Positions 27,569-36,619 of a stretch of 64,000 nt of DNA are shown here, in pieces. The notes beneath the pieces were generated by a model. The model was not told where the DNA came from, searched no databases, and saw only the letters and a program-made list of their open reading frames with translations. Position numbers and translations under genes: made by a program. Source of the stretch: Actinomycetota bacterium (GTDB lineage: Bacteria; Actinomycetota; UBA4738; HRBIN12); contig JBBECT010000004.1 in assembly GCA_040881665.1 (NCBI GenBank), positions 117,782-181,781 of the forward strand, written 5' to 3'. Numbering within the stretch: position 1 is the stretch's first letter; each line of letters begins with the position of its first letter.

Positions 27569-28693
27569 TCAGGCGGTGCGCGCTTGCAGATCCGCTTGCA
27601 GCTCGGACTCCGGAGTGGCGTCCTGCAGCACGCGGAGCGCTTCGGGCGGGAAGTGCACCGACACGGGAGTCCCCGCCTCGTACGGGAAGGCCTCCGAGCC
27701 GTCGTTGGTGACCCATGCCTGCAGCTTCTGCCCGTCGGCGAGCGTCACGAGCCCGTGGATCACCGAACCGACGTAGACCTTGCGCTCGACCAGACCCGGC
27801 AGGCGGTTCTCACCGGCCGCCCCCTGAGGTTCGACGTCGACCCGCTCGGGACGGATGCACAGCTTGACCGCCCCGGTCGCGTCGATGTCGCCCTGGCCCG
27901 CCTCGACGGTGACGTCCCCGAGCTTGACGCGGCAGCGCTGACCCGTGGTGCCCTCGGCGGAGCCGTCCATCAGGTTCGAAACGCCGAGGAAGTCTGCGAC
28001 GTAGGCGGTCGCCGGCTGCTCGTAGATCTCCGCCGGGGGGCCGATCTGCTCGACCCGGCCGTTCGACATGACCGCGATGCGGTCCGACATCGTCAGTGCC
28101 TCTTCCTGGTCGTGGGTCACGTAGATGAACGTGATCCCGACCTCTTCCTGGAGGGCCTTCAGCTCGACCTGCAAGGCCTTGCGCAGCTTGGCGTCGAGCG
28201 CCCCGAGCGGCTCGTCGAGCAACAGGACCGACGGGTTGAGGATCAACGCGCGAGCGAGCGCGACGCGCTGCTGCTGGCCGCCCGAGAGCTGCGTCGGCCG
28301 GCGCTCGCCGAAACCGGCGAGCTGCACGAGCTCGAGAGCCTCCCCGACCCGCCGGTTGGTCTCCTCCTTCGAGGCGTCCTGGTACTTCAACCCGAACGCC
28401 ACGTTCTGCTCGACCGTGAGGTGGGGGAACAGCGCGTAGTTCTGGAAGACCGTGTTCACGTTCCGCTTGTGCGGTGGGATCTGCCCCACGTCCACGCCGT
28501 CGAGCAGGATCTGCCCCTCGGTCGGTCGCTCGAAGCCCGCGATCATCCGGAGCGTCGTGGTCTTGCCGCATCCGGAGGGGCCGAGCATCGAGAAGAACTC
28601 CCCGGTCGGCATCCGAAGGTTGACGCCGTCGACGGCGACGACGTCGCCGAAGCGCTTCACCAGGTCGACGAGTTGGACCTCTCCCCCAGCCAT
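27569..28693 (-). CDS. polyamine ABC transporter ATP-binding protein (PotA/PotG-like) with a C-terminal TOBE domain
   Basis: Walker [19 protein letters not shown] signature and Walker B LLLDEP. It is convergent with the permease genes. Confidence 0.85.
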   Translation of the reverse strand: MAGGEVQLVDLVKRFGDVVAVDGVNLRMPTGEFFSMLGPSGCGKTTTLRMIAGFERPTEGQILLDGVDVGQIPPHKRNVNTVFQNYALFPHLTVEQNVAFGLKYQDASKEETNRRVGEALELVQLAGFGERRPTQLSGGQQQRVALARALILNPSVLLLDEPLGALDAKLRKALQVELKALQEEVGITFIYVTHDQEEALTMSDRIAVMSNGRVEQIGPPAEIYEQPATAYVADFLGVSNLMDGSAEGTTGQRCRVKLGDVTVEAGQGDIDATGAVKLCIRPERVDVEPQGAAGENRLPGLVERKVYVGSVIHGLVTLADGQKLQAWVTNDGSEAFPYEAGTPVSVHFPPEALRVLQDATPESELQADLQARTA

Positions 28694-28763
28694 GACTGGC
28701 GGAGTCTATACCATTCCCTTCGGCGGTCGGTACCCCCGACCGGCATGGCATGCTGTCGCGTCC

Positions 28764-29987
28764 ATGGACGAGTTGGGACCCCAACACAGCCCCGGCGGAT
28801 CGGTCACCCCGAGCTCGCTGGCGAACCGTCGTGGTCCCTCGGGCGTGCTCGTGCTGCTGGCGGGTTACGCAGCGTTCGGGATGTACTGGGGCGTCTGGGT
28901 GGTCATCCAGCTCGATTTCCTCCGCGAGAACCACATGAGCGAGGGCGCCCTCGGGTTGCTGTTCTCGGGATTGTCCGTCGTCTCGATCGCGACGATGACG
29001 CTGCTGACCCCTCGGATCCAGCAGCGACCGCTCGCGATGACCATCGCGATCGGACTCATAACGATGGCAGGGGGTGGCGCCCTGATCGCGATCGGCGCGG
29101 GTCCGATCCTCCTGGCCGGCTTCGTGGTCCTCGGCGTGGGCAACGGTCTGATCGACGTGTTCTCGAACATCGCCGCCCAGGGGGTCGAGGCCCGCGAGCG
29201 CCGGCCGGTCCTCCAATGGTTGCACGCCTCGTACAGCGTGGGCGGCATCGTGGGGGCGATCGGAGCCGGAGCGGCGATCGAAGCAGGCGTGTCGTTCACG
29301 ACGGTCATGCTCGTGGAGATGCTGGCACTCGTCGCGGCGGCGACGTGGACGATCACCTCACCGCGGCTCCGCCGGCTCCCGCGCCCGGCCGCGGCGCAGA
29401 GCGGGTTCTCGCTCGGCGTCCTGCGCCGCGCTCCGAGGTTGCTGCTCCCCGCCCTCGTGATCATGTTCGCCTTCTTCGTCGAAGGCTCGATGGACGTGTG
29501 GTCGGGCACCTACGTGCGCAAGACCCTGGGATCGACGGCGTTCGTCGCCGGGGCCGCCTTCGCCGCCTTCAGCCTCGCGATCGCCGTGGGCAGGCTCACC
29601 GCGGGCAAGCTGCTCTTCGGACTCGGCTACGACCGCACGATCCTCGTGTCCGGCGCCGGCGCCTTCGTCGGAGGCGTGATCGCGACCCTCACCTCGAGCC
29701 CGCTCGTGGCGGCGATCGGGTTCCTGATCCTCGGGTTCTTCATCTCCGCCGCGGCGCCGGCCGCGTTCGGACTCGCGGACCGGACCGACCAGGATCCGGC
29801 GAGCGCCGTGGCTGGCATGAGCACCGTCGGCTACACGGGGTTCGTGATCGGACCGCCGATCATGGGCCTGCTCGCCGAGAGCAGCGGTCTGCGCCTGACG
29901 ATGGGCGTGATCGCGATGAGCACGCTCGGGGTCGCCGCCTGCGGCATCCTGGATCGCCTCCGTCACGGCGCCTCGGTCCGCACGTGA
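28764..29987 (+). CDS. MFS transporter, 407 aa
   Basis: Twelve-helix hydrophobic profile. The in-frame ATG at 28764 lies after the convergent ATPase start region; the track ORF begins earlier, at 28452, but that stretch overlaps the ATPase. Confidence 0.7.
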   Translation: MDELGPQHSPGGSVTPSSLANRRGPSGVLVLLAGYAAFGMYWGVWVVIQLDFLRENHMSEGALGLLFSGLSVVSIATMTLLTPRIQQRPLAMTIAIGLITMAGGGALIAIGAGPILLAGFVVLGVGNGLIDVFSNIAAQGVEARERRPVLQWLHASYSVGGIVGAIGAGAAIEAGVSFTTVMLVEMLALVAAATWTITSPRLRRLPRPAAAQSGFSLGVLRRAPRLLLPALVIMFAFFVEGSMDVWSGTYVRKTLGSTAFVAGAAFAAFSLAIAVGRLTAGKLLFGLGYDRTILVSGAGAFVGGVIATLTSSPLVAAIGFLILGFFISAAAPAAFGLADRTDQDPASAVAGMSTVGYTGFVIGPPIMGLLAESSGLRLTMGVIAMSTLGVAACGILDRLRHGASVRT

Positions 29988-30042
29988 ACGGGGCCGGCCG
30001 CCCCTTCCCAGGTCCCCGGCGGCCGGTGTATCCTGCACGAAC

Positions 30043-30060
30043 TTAGAATGACTGTTCTAA
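30043..30060. promoter_or_regulatory. AT-rich perfect inverted repeat TTAGAA-tgactg-TTCTAA, candidate operator upstream of the Rieske oxygenase gene
   Basis: 6-6-6 palindrome in a locally AT-rich patch of a 70% GC genome, 100 nt upstream of ATG 30159. Confidence 0.45.
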
Positions 30061-30080
30061 TCTTGCCGAGCGCGTTCTCG

Positions 30081-30116
30081 CACGCACCGTCGCACGCACC
30101 GTCGTGCGCACCGTCG
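30081..30116. repeat. 3 x 12-nt perfect/near-perfect tandem direct repeat (cacgcaccgtcg cacgcaccgtcg tgcgcaccgtcg) in the promoter region of the Rieske oxygenase gene
   Basis: Read directly from the sequence: two identical copies and a third differing at two of its first three positions. It lies 43 nt upstream of the oxygenase ATG and is followed by a 5-codon mini-ORF (ATG AAG CAG GCA AGC TGA). Confidence 0.6.
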
Positions 30117-30158
30117 TGAGATGAAGCAGGCAAGCTGAACGGACGAGGAGGCACCCGG

Positions 30159-31307
30159 ATGTTGGACCAGCATGACGACCGGATCCGCTACGACGAGGAC
30201 GACTGGACCCCCCGTCCCACGCTCGGCGCCGAGGACTACCGGAGCGAGGACATCTGGCAGGCCGAGCGCGAGAAGATCTGGTGGGGTGACTGGGTCTGCT
30301 TCGGCCGCAGCGAGGAGGTCGCCAACCCCGGCGACTACCTCGTCCGCGACCTCGCCGGCGAGTCGATCTTTATCGCCCGCAACCGCGAGGGAGTCCTGCA
30401 CGGCTTCTACAACGTGTGCAGCCACCGAGGGACGAAGTTCCTCGACGAGGGGTGCGGCGCGGTCAAGAAGGCCTTCAAGTGCCCCTACCACGCGTGGACC
30501 TACGATCTCGACGGGAACCTGATCGGCACGCCGAACGTGCAGGAGGACGAATCCTTCGACCGGTCGCGCTACCCGCTGCACGGCTTCGCGGTCGAGGAGT
30601 ACGCGGGGTTCCTGTGGGTCAGCCTCGCGGAGCAGCCGCGCCCGCTGATGGACGCGCTCACCCACGGCGCCGAATCGATCACCGCGTTCGAGCGCTTCAA
30701 GATGGAGGAGTTGCGGATCGGCGCGCGGATCGTTTACGAGGTCGCAGCGAACTGGAAGATCGTCGTCGAGAACTACAACGAGTGCCTCCACTGTCCCACC
30801 GTTCACCCCGAGCTCGTGCAGGTGGTTCCCCTGTTCCGCTTCGGCGAAGTGTGGGATGGCGAGACCCGCGACGATGGCAACTGGATGATGGAGGGCGCGA
30901 CCAGCTTCACCGCGACGGGCGAGAGCGCGTTGCCCAAGCTGCCGGACCTGCTCGAGGACGACTACAAGATGTACTACGGCTCCTACGAGTTCCCGAACCT
31001 GATGCTGAACCTGCACCCGGACTGCGTGATGTACTACATCGGCTATCCGACCGGACCCAACCACACGACGGTCGTGTCCGAGTTCCTGTTCCGCCCCGAG
31101 ACGATCGCCGACCCGAACTTCACGCCCGAGCCGGTCGTCGAGTTCTGGGACCTGATCTCCAAGCAGGACTGGGGCATCGTCGAGCGCGCACAGACCGGCG
31201 TCGGTTCGCGGGCGTTCAAGCAGGGCGTCTACCCGCGCCAGGACCGCTTCCTCTACAACTTCAACGAGGAGTGGCGCCAGGTGATGGGCCGGCAGCTCGG
31301 CGGCTAG
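30159..31307 (+). CDS. Rieske [2Fe-2S] non-heme iron oxygenase alpha subunit (GbcA/Stc2/CntA-like quaternary-amine demethylase/oxygenase family)
   Basis: Rieske motif CSHRGTKF...CPYHAW and a mononuclear-iron catalytic domain. GAGGAGG ribosome-binding site 8 nt upstream of ATG 30159. Confidence 0.85.
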   Translation: MLDQHDDRIRYDEDDWTPRPTLGAEDYRSEDIWQAEREKIWWGDWVCFGRSEEVANPGDYLVRDLAGESIFIARNREGVLHGFYNVCSHRGTKFLDEGCGAVKKAFKCPYHAWTYDLDGNLIGTPNVQEDESFDRSRYPLHGFAVEEYAGFLWVSLAEQPRPLMDALTHGAESITAFERFKMEELRIGARIVYEVAANWKIVVENYNECLHCPTVHPELVQVVPLFRFGEVWDGETRDDGNWMMEGATSFTATGESALPKLPDLLEDDYKMYYGSYEFPNLMLNLHPDCVMYYIGYPTGPNHTTVVSEFLFRPETIADPNFTPEPVVEFWDLISKQDWGIVERAQTGVGSRAFKQGVYPRQDRFLYNFNEEWRQVMGRQLGG

Positions 31308-31918
31308 GTTCCGGCGGCGCCGGGAGCCACGCCCAGCCGTTCCGAGGCGGCGCGCAAGCATACCGACACCGCGTGCGCCCGTGGGTAGCCGGGCATCCCC
31401 GCCGTGATCTGCACGGCGTAGCCGGTCACGAGCATCGAGACCCACTCGACGAAACCCTCGACGTCGACCTCGCGGAACGCGCCGACCCCGATCCCTTCCC
31501 GGACGATCGTCGCGAGCGCGGCGTTCCAGTGGGCGTCGCGCTCCTCGAGACGCGCGACGATCGACGGATCGTGGACCGCCCGCGCCCAGAGCTCTAGCCA
31601 CAGGGTCCATTGCTCGTCACCCGCCCCCACGGGCATCGAGAGCTCCAGGAACCGGGCCAACCGCGCGGGGGGGTCGGACGAGCGGTCGAGCTCGGCGGCC
31701 AGGGTCGCGTAGAACTGCGAGTCCTCGCTCCACCGAAGCGCCTCGAGGAGCAGCTCCTCCTTCGAGGAGAAGTAGTACATCACGTGCCCGGGGCTCATCC
31801 CGGCGCGGTCGGCGATGTCGGCGATCCGCGTCTCGGCGAAGCCTCGCTCAGCCATCGCGGCCGCAGCAGCGCGCAACACGCGCTCGCGCCGCTCCGGGTT
31901 GGTACCCCGGCTCTCCAC
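31304..31918 (-). CDS. TetR-family transcriptional regulator
   Basis: HTH region RERVLRAAAAAMAERGFAETRIADIADRAGMSPGHVMYYF. GTG start proposed at 31916-31918, 8 nt after the upstream ALDH stop. The track ORF's 5' extension to 32086 is Arg/Ser-rich and overlaps the ALDH. Confidence 0.7.
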   Translation of the reverse strand: MESRGTNPERRERVLRAAAAAMAERGFAETRIADIADRAGMSPGHVMYYFSSKEELLLEALRWSEDSQFYATLAAELDRSSDPPARLARFLELSMPVGAGDEQWTLWLELWARAVHDPSIVARLEERDAHWNAALATIVREGIGVGAFREVDVEGFVEWVSMLVTGYAVQITAGMPGYPRAHAVSVCLRAASERLGVAPGAAGT

Positions 31919-31925
31919 CCGTCCC

Positions 31926-33383
31926 TTAGGCGTCCTCGGCGAGGTTGAAGTAGATGTGCTTCTCCTCCATGTAGTCCGAGACGCCCTCCTTGCCCAGCTC
32001 GCGGCCGATCCCCGACTGCTTGTAGCCGCCCCACGGAGCTTCCGTCGGGGCCGGCTGCGTGTCGTTGATCCACACGATGCCGGCACGGAGCGAGCGCGCG
32101 GTGTTGATCGCCTTCTTCACGTCGGAGGTCCACACGGCGGCGGCGAGCCCGTACGGGTTGTCGTTCGACAGCTCGATCACCTGCTGGGTCGTCTCGAACG
32201 GGATCACCGTCATCACCGGACCGAAGATCTCCTCTTGCGCGATCGTCGCGGAGTTCTCGACGTCGGCGAAGATCGTCGGCGGAACGAAGTACCCCGCCGC
32301 GAGCTTTCCGTCGCCGGGCACGGTTCCCTGGGCGGCGAGCTTCGCCTCCTTCTGTCCGATGTCGATGAAGTGCTGCACCCGCTCCTGCTGCTCCTTCGAT
32401 ACGAGCGGACCCATCGTCGTGTCGGGATCGGCCCCGTCACCGACCTTCACCGCGTTCGCCCTGTCCACGAGCGCGCTGAGGGCGTCGTCGTAGATCTCCT
32501 TCTGGATGAAAACGCGCGAGCCCGCCGAGCAGATCTCGCCCTGGTTCCAGAAGATCCCGTTCGCCGATCCCTCGATCGCCGCGTCGAAGTCGGCGTCGGC
32601 GAACACGATGTTGGGCGACTTGCCCCCGAGCTCGAGCGTGACGCGCTTCAGCGTGTCCGCACCGGAACGCATGATGATCTTGCCGACATCGCGCGAGCCC
32701 GTGAACCCGACCTTGTCGACGCGCGGATCGGTGACCAACGGGGCGCCTGCCGTCTCCCCGAATCCGGTGATCACCTGCAGCACGCCGGGCGGCAGCCCGG
32801 CCTCCTCGAGGATCTTCGGGATCTCGAGGGCGGTCAGCGGCGTCTGCTCGGCGGGTTTGAGGATGAACACGCACCCGGCGGCGATCGCCGGAGCGATCTT
32901 CTGCACCGCCATCGGCATAGGGTAGTTCCACGGGGTGATCCCGACCGCGACACCGGTCGGCTCCTTCACGACGAGCGAGAGGGCATCGGGACCGACCGGC
33001 GGGATGTAGCCGTCGATCTTCGTCGCCCAGCCCCCGTAGTACTCGAACATGAAGGCAACCTCTTCGAGGTCGTCGCGCGCCTCGCCGATCGGCTTGCCGC
33101 AATCGATCGTCTCGAGCTCGGCGAGTCGCTCGAGCTCCCGGCGCATGATCTCGGCGGCGCGCAGGAGGATCCGCCCGCGGTCGCGCTCGGAGGTCCGGGG
33201 CCACCACGCTCCGTCGTCGAACACCGAGCGCGCGAACCCGACGGCTCGGTCCACGTCGGCCGGCTGGGCGTCGGGGACGGTAGCGACGACCTCGCCGGTC
33301 GCGGGGTTGAACACGTCGAACCGCTTGCCGTCGAGCGCATCGGTCCACTCGCCGGCGATCGACATCTTCAGCTCCTCGGCCAT
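31926..33383 (-). CDS. NAD-dependent aldehyde dehydrogenase (betaine-aldehyde/aminobutyraldehyde dehydrogenase-like), 485 aa
   Basis: ELGGKSP and EICSAGSR catalytic motifs. ATG verified at 33381-33383 with a GAGGAGG ribosome-binding site 7 nt upstream. Confidence 0.85.
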   Translation of the reverse strand: MAEELKMSIAGEWTDALDGKRFDVFNPATGEVVATVPDAQPADVDRAVGFARSVFDDGAWWPRTSERDRGRILLRAAEIMRRELERLAELETIDCGKPIGEARDDLEEVAFMFEYYGGWATKIDGYIPPVGPDALSLVVKEPTGVAVGITPWNYPMPMAVQKIAPAIAAGCVFILKPAEQTPLTALEIPKILEEAGLPPGVLQVITGFGETAGAPLVTDPRVDKVGFTGSRDVGKIIMRSGADTLKRVTLELGGKSPNIVFADADFDAAIEGSANGIFWNQGEICSAGSRVFIQKEIYDDALSALVDRANAVKVGDGADPDTTMGPLVSKEQQERVQHFIDIGQKEAKLAAQGTVPGDGKLAAGYFVPPTIFADVENSATIAQEEIFGPVMTVIPFETTQQVIELSNDNPYGLAAAVWTSDVKKAINTARSLRAGIVWINDTQPAPTEAPWGGYKQSGIGRELGKEGVSDYMEEKHIYFNLAEDA

Positions 33384-33444
33384 CGGGGTGCCTCCTCTTG
33401 GTCTGGTTCCCACGGCGTTCTTCCGCACTCCGAGACTCCAAAGC

Positions 33445-34278
33445 CTACCCGTCCGGCACGGGAGGGGAGAAGCCCAGTCCCCACGCGTCGGCGCCGCCGT
33501 CGATCATGACGGTCGTACCGGTGATGTACCCGGCTGCATCGGTCGACAGGAACGCGATCGCGGCCGCGACCTCGTCGACCGAGCCTGCGCGGCCGAGCGG
33601 AACCTGGGACGCCCATTCCTTAACGACCTCCGAACCCCCGTACCCCTCGAGTCCTTCGCTGGCGATCAGCCCGCAGGCGATGCAGATCGCGCGGACCCCG
33701 AAGCGGCTCCACTCCAGGGACAGGCCCGACGCGAGGGTCTCGAGCGCGGACCGTGCCATCGACGAGTGCACCATCTGCGGGATCCCGCGCCGAGGACTGA
33801 ACCCGATCGCGAAGATCACGCCGCGACGCCGAGGGATCATCCATCGGTTCGCGACTTTCGTCGTCACGTCCCAGACGGCGTCCACGTTCAGCCGGTGCAC
33901 CGCGCGCATGCCCTTCGTCGAGGTCTCCTCGGCCGCCGCGGCGAACTGCCCGCCGGCGTTGTTCACCAGGATGTCGACACGACCGAACCGCTCATCGACA
34001 GCATCGAGCAACGCGTCGACCTGTTCGGATTCCCGGACATCGGTCGCCAGGGCGAGGCAAGCCGTCCCCGCAGCCGTCAGCTCGCGCTCGACCTCCCGGA
34101 TCGGTTCCTCACGACGCCCACAGATCGCGACGGACGCGCCCGCACGCGCGAGCGCACTGGCGGTGGCCCGACCGATCCCCGTTCCGCCACCGGTGACGAT
34201 CGCGATCCGACCGCCGAGAACACCGCTCGCGATCGGATCGGCGAACGGGAGGTCGCGTGGAGCCGCCGGTTCCTCCAT
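33445..34278 (-). CDS. SDR-family short-chain dehydrogenase/reductase
   Basis: TGGGTGIGRATA cofactor motif and an NNAG motif. Confidence 0.8.
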   Translation of the reverse strand: MEEPAAPRDLPFADPIASGVLGGRIAIVTGGGTGIGRATASALARAGASVAICGRREEPIREVERELTAAGTACLALATDVRESEQVDALLDAVDERFGRVDILVNNAGGQFAAAAEETSTKGMRAVHRLNVDAVWDVTTKVANRWMIPRRRGVIFAIGFSPRRGIPQMVHSSMARSALETLASGLSLEWSRFGVRAICIACGLIASEGLEGYGGSEVVKEWASQVPLGRAGSVDEVAAAIAFLSTDAAGYITGTTVMIDGGADAWGLGFSPPVPDG

Positions 34279-34376
34279 GGCGGGGAGTATGCCGCAGGCA
34301 CCCGCGCCGGTCGAAATCGGATACCGCCCGATCCGGGCGCAACCACGGTTCTCACGCTCGGCGGTAGGATCGGTCC

Positions 34377-34652
34377 GTGCTCCTGTTCATCGTCGTGCTG
34401 TTGCTGCTCGCCGCGATCTTCGGCGTGCTCGGAACCGTCCTCAAGGTCGCCTTCGTGCTGGTCCTGGGCGCGGTCCTCGCCGTCGCCACGATCGCGCTGC
34501 TGGGCTACTACTGGTTCCGCTACCGGCTCCGCGAGTATCAGCGCCGGACGCAGCAGGTGGGCCCGGGGGGAAATCCTCACGTGCCGCCGGTCACGCCCTC
34601 GAGCACGATCGACGTGGGTGAGCCGGTCCGCGACGAGCTCACGGACGACTGA
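34377..34652 (+). CDS. small hydrophobic membrane protein, 91 aa
   Basis: GTG at 34377 with a GGTAGGA ribosome-binding site 7 nt upstream. Two predicted transmembrane helices then a polar tail. Its 3' end overlaps the convergent oxidoreductase stop by 14 nt. Confidence 0.45.
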   Translation: MLLFIVVLLLLAAIFGVLGTVLKVAFVLVLGAVLAVATIALLGYYWFRYRLREYQRRTQQVGPGGNPHVPPVTPSSTIDVGEPVRDELTDD

Positions 34653-36108
34653 CCCGATCCCGCCCGCGTCGCCGCCGGGCGATCAGGGCCTCGCGGTAGG
34701 CCAGCGGTGCAACCTGGAGCGCCCGGGCGACCGGCCCGCGCCCCCGCCCGCGCTCGTCCGCCCGATCGCCGGACTCCATCCCCCAGACGGCCAGCCGGAC
34801 GAGCGGCCAACGCAGTGGTTCGGGCGGTGCCGTCCCGATCGGCGCACCGACGACGGGCATCGTCGACCACCGGTCCTGCGAACCGAGGACGAGCGAGGCG
34901 AGGATCCGCCCGCCGAGCTTGGTCTGGGCGAGCCCGTGACCGGAGAACCCGAGCCCCGCGTGCACGTTGCCGGATGCGCGCGTATGGAAGAACGGAACGA
35001 ACGTGGGCGTCATGTCGATCGGTCCACCCCACGCGTGCGTGCAGCGAACGCCCTCCAACTGCGGGAACAACCACACGAGACCCCGTGCCGCCTGCTGGGC
35101 GACGCGACGATCGTGGGTCGCCCGGCGGCCGATCGAACCGCCCCACACGACCCCCGTGGATCCGCCACCGATCGCGAGCCGTCCATCGTCGGTCCGCCGC
35201 AGGTAGTAGAGGAGATCCCGGCCGTCGGCGAGACCCGTCCAGCTGGTCCAGCCCAGGTCGTCCCGGATCCGATCGGGGATCGGTTCGGTGACGACCATGT
35301 AGTCGGCGATGTTGCCGAACGCGGTCCGATACCCGGGCCAGGCAGCCGCCCAGGCTCCGATCGTCAGCACGACGTGATCGGCACGCACCGCTCCGCGCTC
35401 GGCGCGAACGATCGTCGGCGTGCCCTCCTCGAGCGAGATCGCGCGCGTTCCCTCGAAGATCGCGACGCCACGCTCGAGCAGCACACGACGGAGTCCGCGC
35501 GCGAGCCGTGCCGGCTGGCAGATCGCATTCGCGGGAGTGAACGTCGCGCTCGTGATCCTCGGGGAATCGGCGATCGCTCGCGCCTGCGGGAGGGTCAGAG
35601 GCCGGATCGCGTCCGGCCGGCCGTTGCGAACGGCGAACGCGGCCGGACCCTGGTCCGGGTCGCCCTCCTGCCACGAGCCGGTGCGGACGGCCATGACGCC
35701 CTCCGCGTGGAACCACGCATCGATCCCGTGCCGGTCGAGCCATCTCCCGACCTCGTCCACCTCTTCCGCGAGCGCCGTCGCGTACCGCCTGCCCTCCTCC
35801 AGCCCGAACAGGCCGCACAGTTCCGGGAACTCATGCCATGACGAGGAGAAGAACCCCCCGTTGCGTCCGCTGGCTCCCCCACCGCAGATGTCCTGCTCGA
35901 GCAGAACGATACGCAGCCCGGGCTCCCGCTCGGTCAGCTCGTAGGCCGCCCACATGCCGGCGAAACCACCGCCGAGGACACAGACGTCCGCGCCGATCCG
36001 CCTCTCGAGGGGGGGACACGGCGCACCACGATCGGCGGCGAGCGCCTCCTCGAGCCAGAAGCTGCGCCGATCCCCGGGGGGCGGCGCCTCGATCCAAGAG
36101 GTCGTCAT
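34639..36108 (-). CDS. FAD-dependent oxidoreductase (DAO family; gamma-glutamylputrescine oxidase/PuuB-like)
   Basis: VCVLGGGFAGMWAAYEL dinucleotide motif. ATG verified at 36106-36108. Confidence 0.75.
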   Translation of the reverse strand: MTTSWIEAPPPGDRRSFWLEEALAADRGAPCPPLERRIGADVCVLGGGFAGMWAAYELTEREPGLRIVLLEQDICGGGASGRNGGFFSSSWHEFPELCGLFGLEEGRRYATALAEEVDEVGRWLDRHGIDAWFHAEGVMAVRTGSWQEGDPDQGPAAFAVRNGRPDAIRPLTLPQARAIADSPRITSATFTPANAICQPARLARGLRRVLLERGVAIFEGTRAISLEEGTPTIVRAERGAVRADHVVLTIGAWAAAWPGYRTAFGNIADYMVVTEPIPDRIRDDLGWTSWTGLADGRDLLYYLRRTDDGRLAIGGGSTGVVWGGSIGRRATHDRRVAQQAARGLVWLFPQLEGVRCTHAWGGPIDMTPTFVPFFHTRASGNVHAGLGFSGHGLAQTKLGGRILASLVLGSQDRWSTMPVVGAPIGTAPPEPLRWPLVRLAVWGMESGDRADERGRGRGPVARALQVAPLAYREALIARRRRGRDRVSRP

Positions 36109-36117
36109 GGAACGGAC

Positions 36118-36549
36118 CTACGCGGCCCCGGCCGAGTCCGAGCGACGGCGCGGACGCCGGACCCCTGGGATCGCAGCCAGCAGGCGCCATCCCATGAGGA
36201 GCACGCCCGTCATCGCGAGGGTCACGGCGAGGAAGACCACGAGGTCGGTGCCCGAGGGATGTCCGAGCACCAGCGTGCGGACCGCAACCGCGACCGGCAC
36301 GCTCACCGCCCACGTCAACACGAGCGTGCGCCTCCCGGGCTGCCGGTAGGTTCCGGCGACGAGGGCGATCGCGAACCATGCGCCGACCAGGGGGACCGCC
36401 GTACGGGCAACGGCGGCGGCCGTCGAGCTGGCGTCGTGGCTGCGCAGTCCCAGCAGGACGAACGCGATCAGTGCCAGAGCATCGCCCACGGCGAGCACCG
36501 GGACCTTCACGGCGGGACGATCGAGCGGACCGCGTGCCATGAGGAGCAT
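36118..36549 (-). CDS. small integral membrane protein (DUF3054-like), about 140 aa
   Basis: Four hydrophobic segments. Sits immediately downstream of the FAD oxidoreductase on the same strand. Confidence 0.5.
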   Translation of the reverse strand: MLLMARGPLDRPAVKVPVLAVGDALALIAFVLLGLRSHDASSTAAAVARTAVPLVGAWFAIALVAGTYRQPGRRTLVLTWAVSVPVAVAVRTLVLGHPSGTDLVVFLAVTLAMTGVLLMGWRLLAAIPGVRRPRRRSDSAGAA

Positions 36550-36619
36550 GGTCCCATACGGGCCCGATCACACGGCCGCCGGAGGGAACCGGCGGCGGGT
36601 GGTTGACGTCTCGGGGAAG

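Noticed and set aside
27476-30046. 856 aa + strand ORF and other long ORFs (33049..35841, 35831..38122, 39305..41569, 56732..58963, 62407..63609)
   Set aside because: All are antisense or frame-shifted overlaps of genes with clear family signatures, and show the same Arg/Pro/Gly bias.
30081-30116. Possibility of a CRISPR array
   Set aside because: Only three 12-nt tandem units with no spacers, and no cas genes anywhere in the window.
30121-30138. 5-codon ORF (MKQAS) upstream of the Rieske gene called as a gene
   Set aside because: Too short to call as a protein gene. Kept only as a possible leader peptide inside the regulatory region finding.
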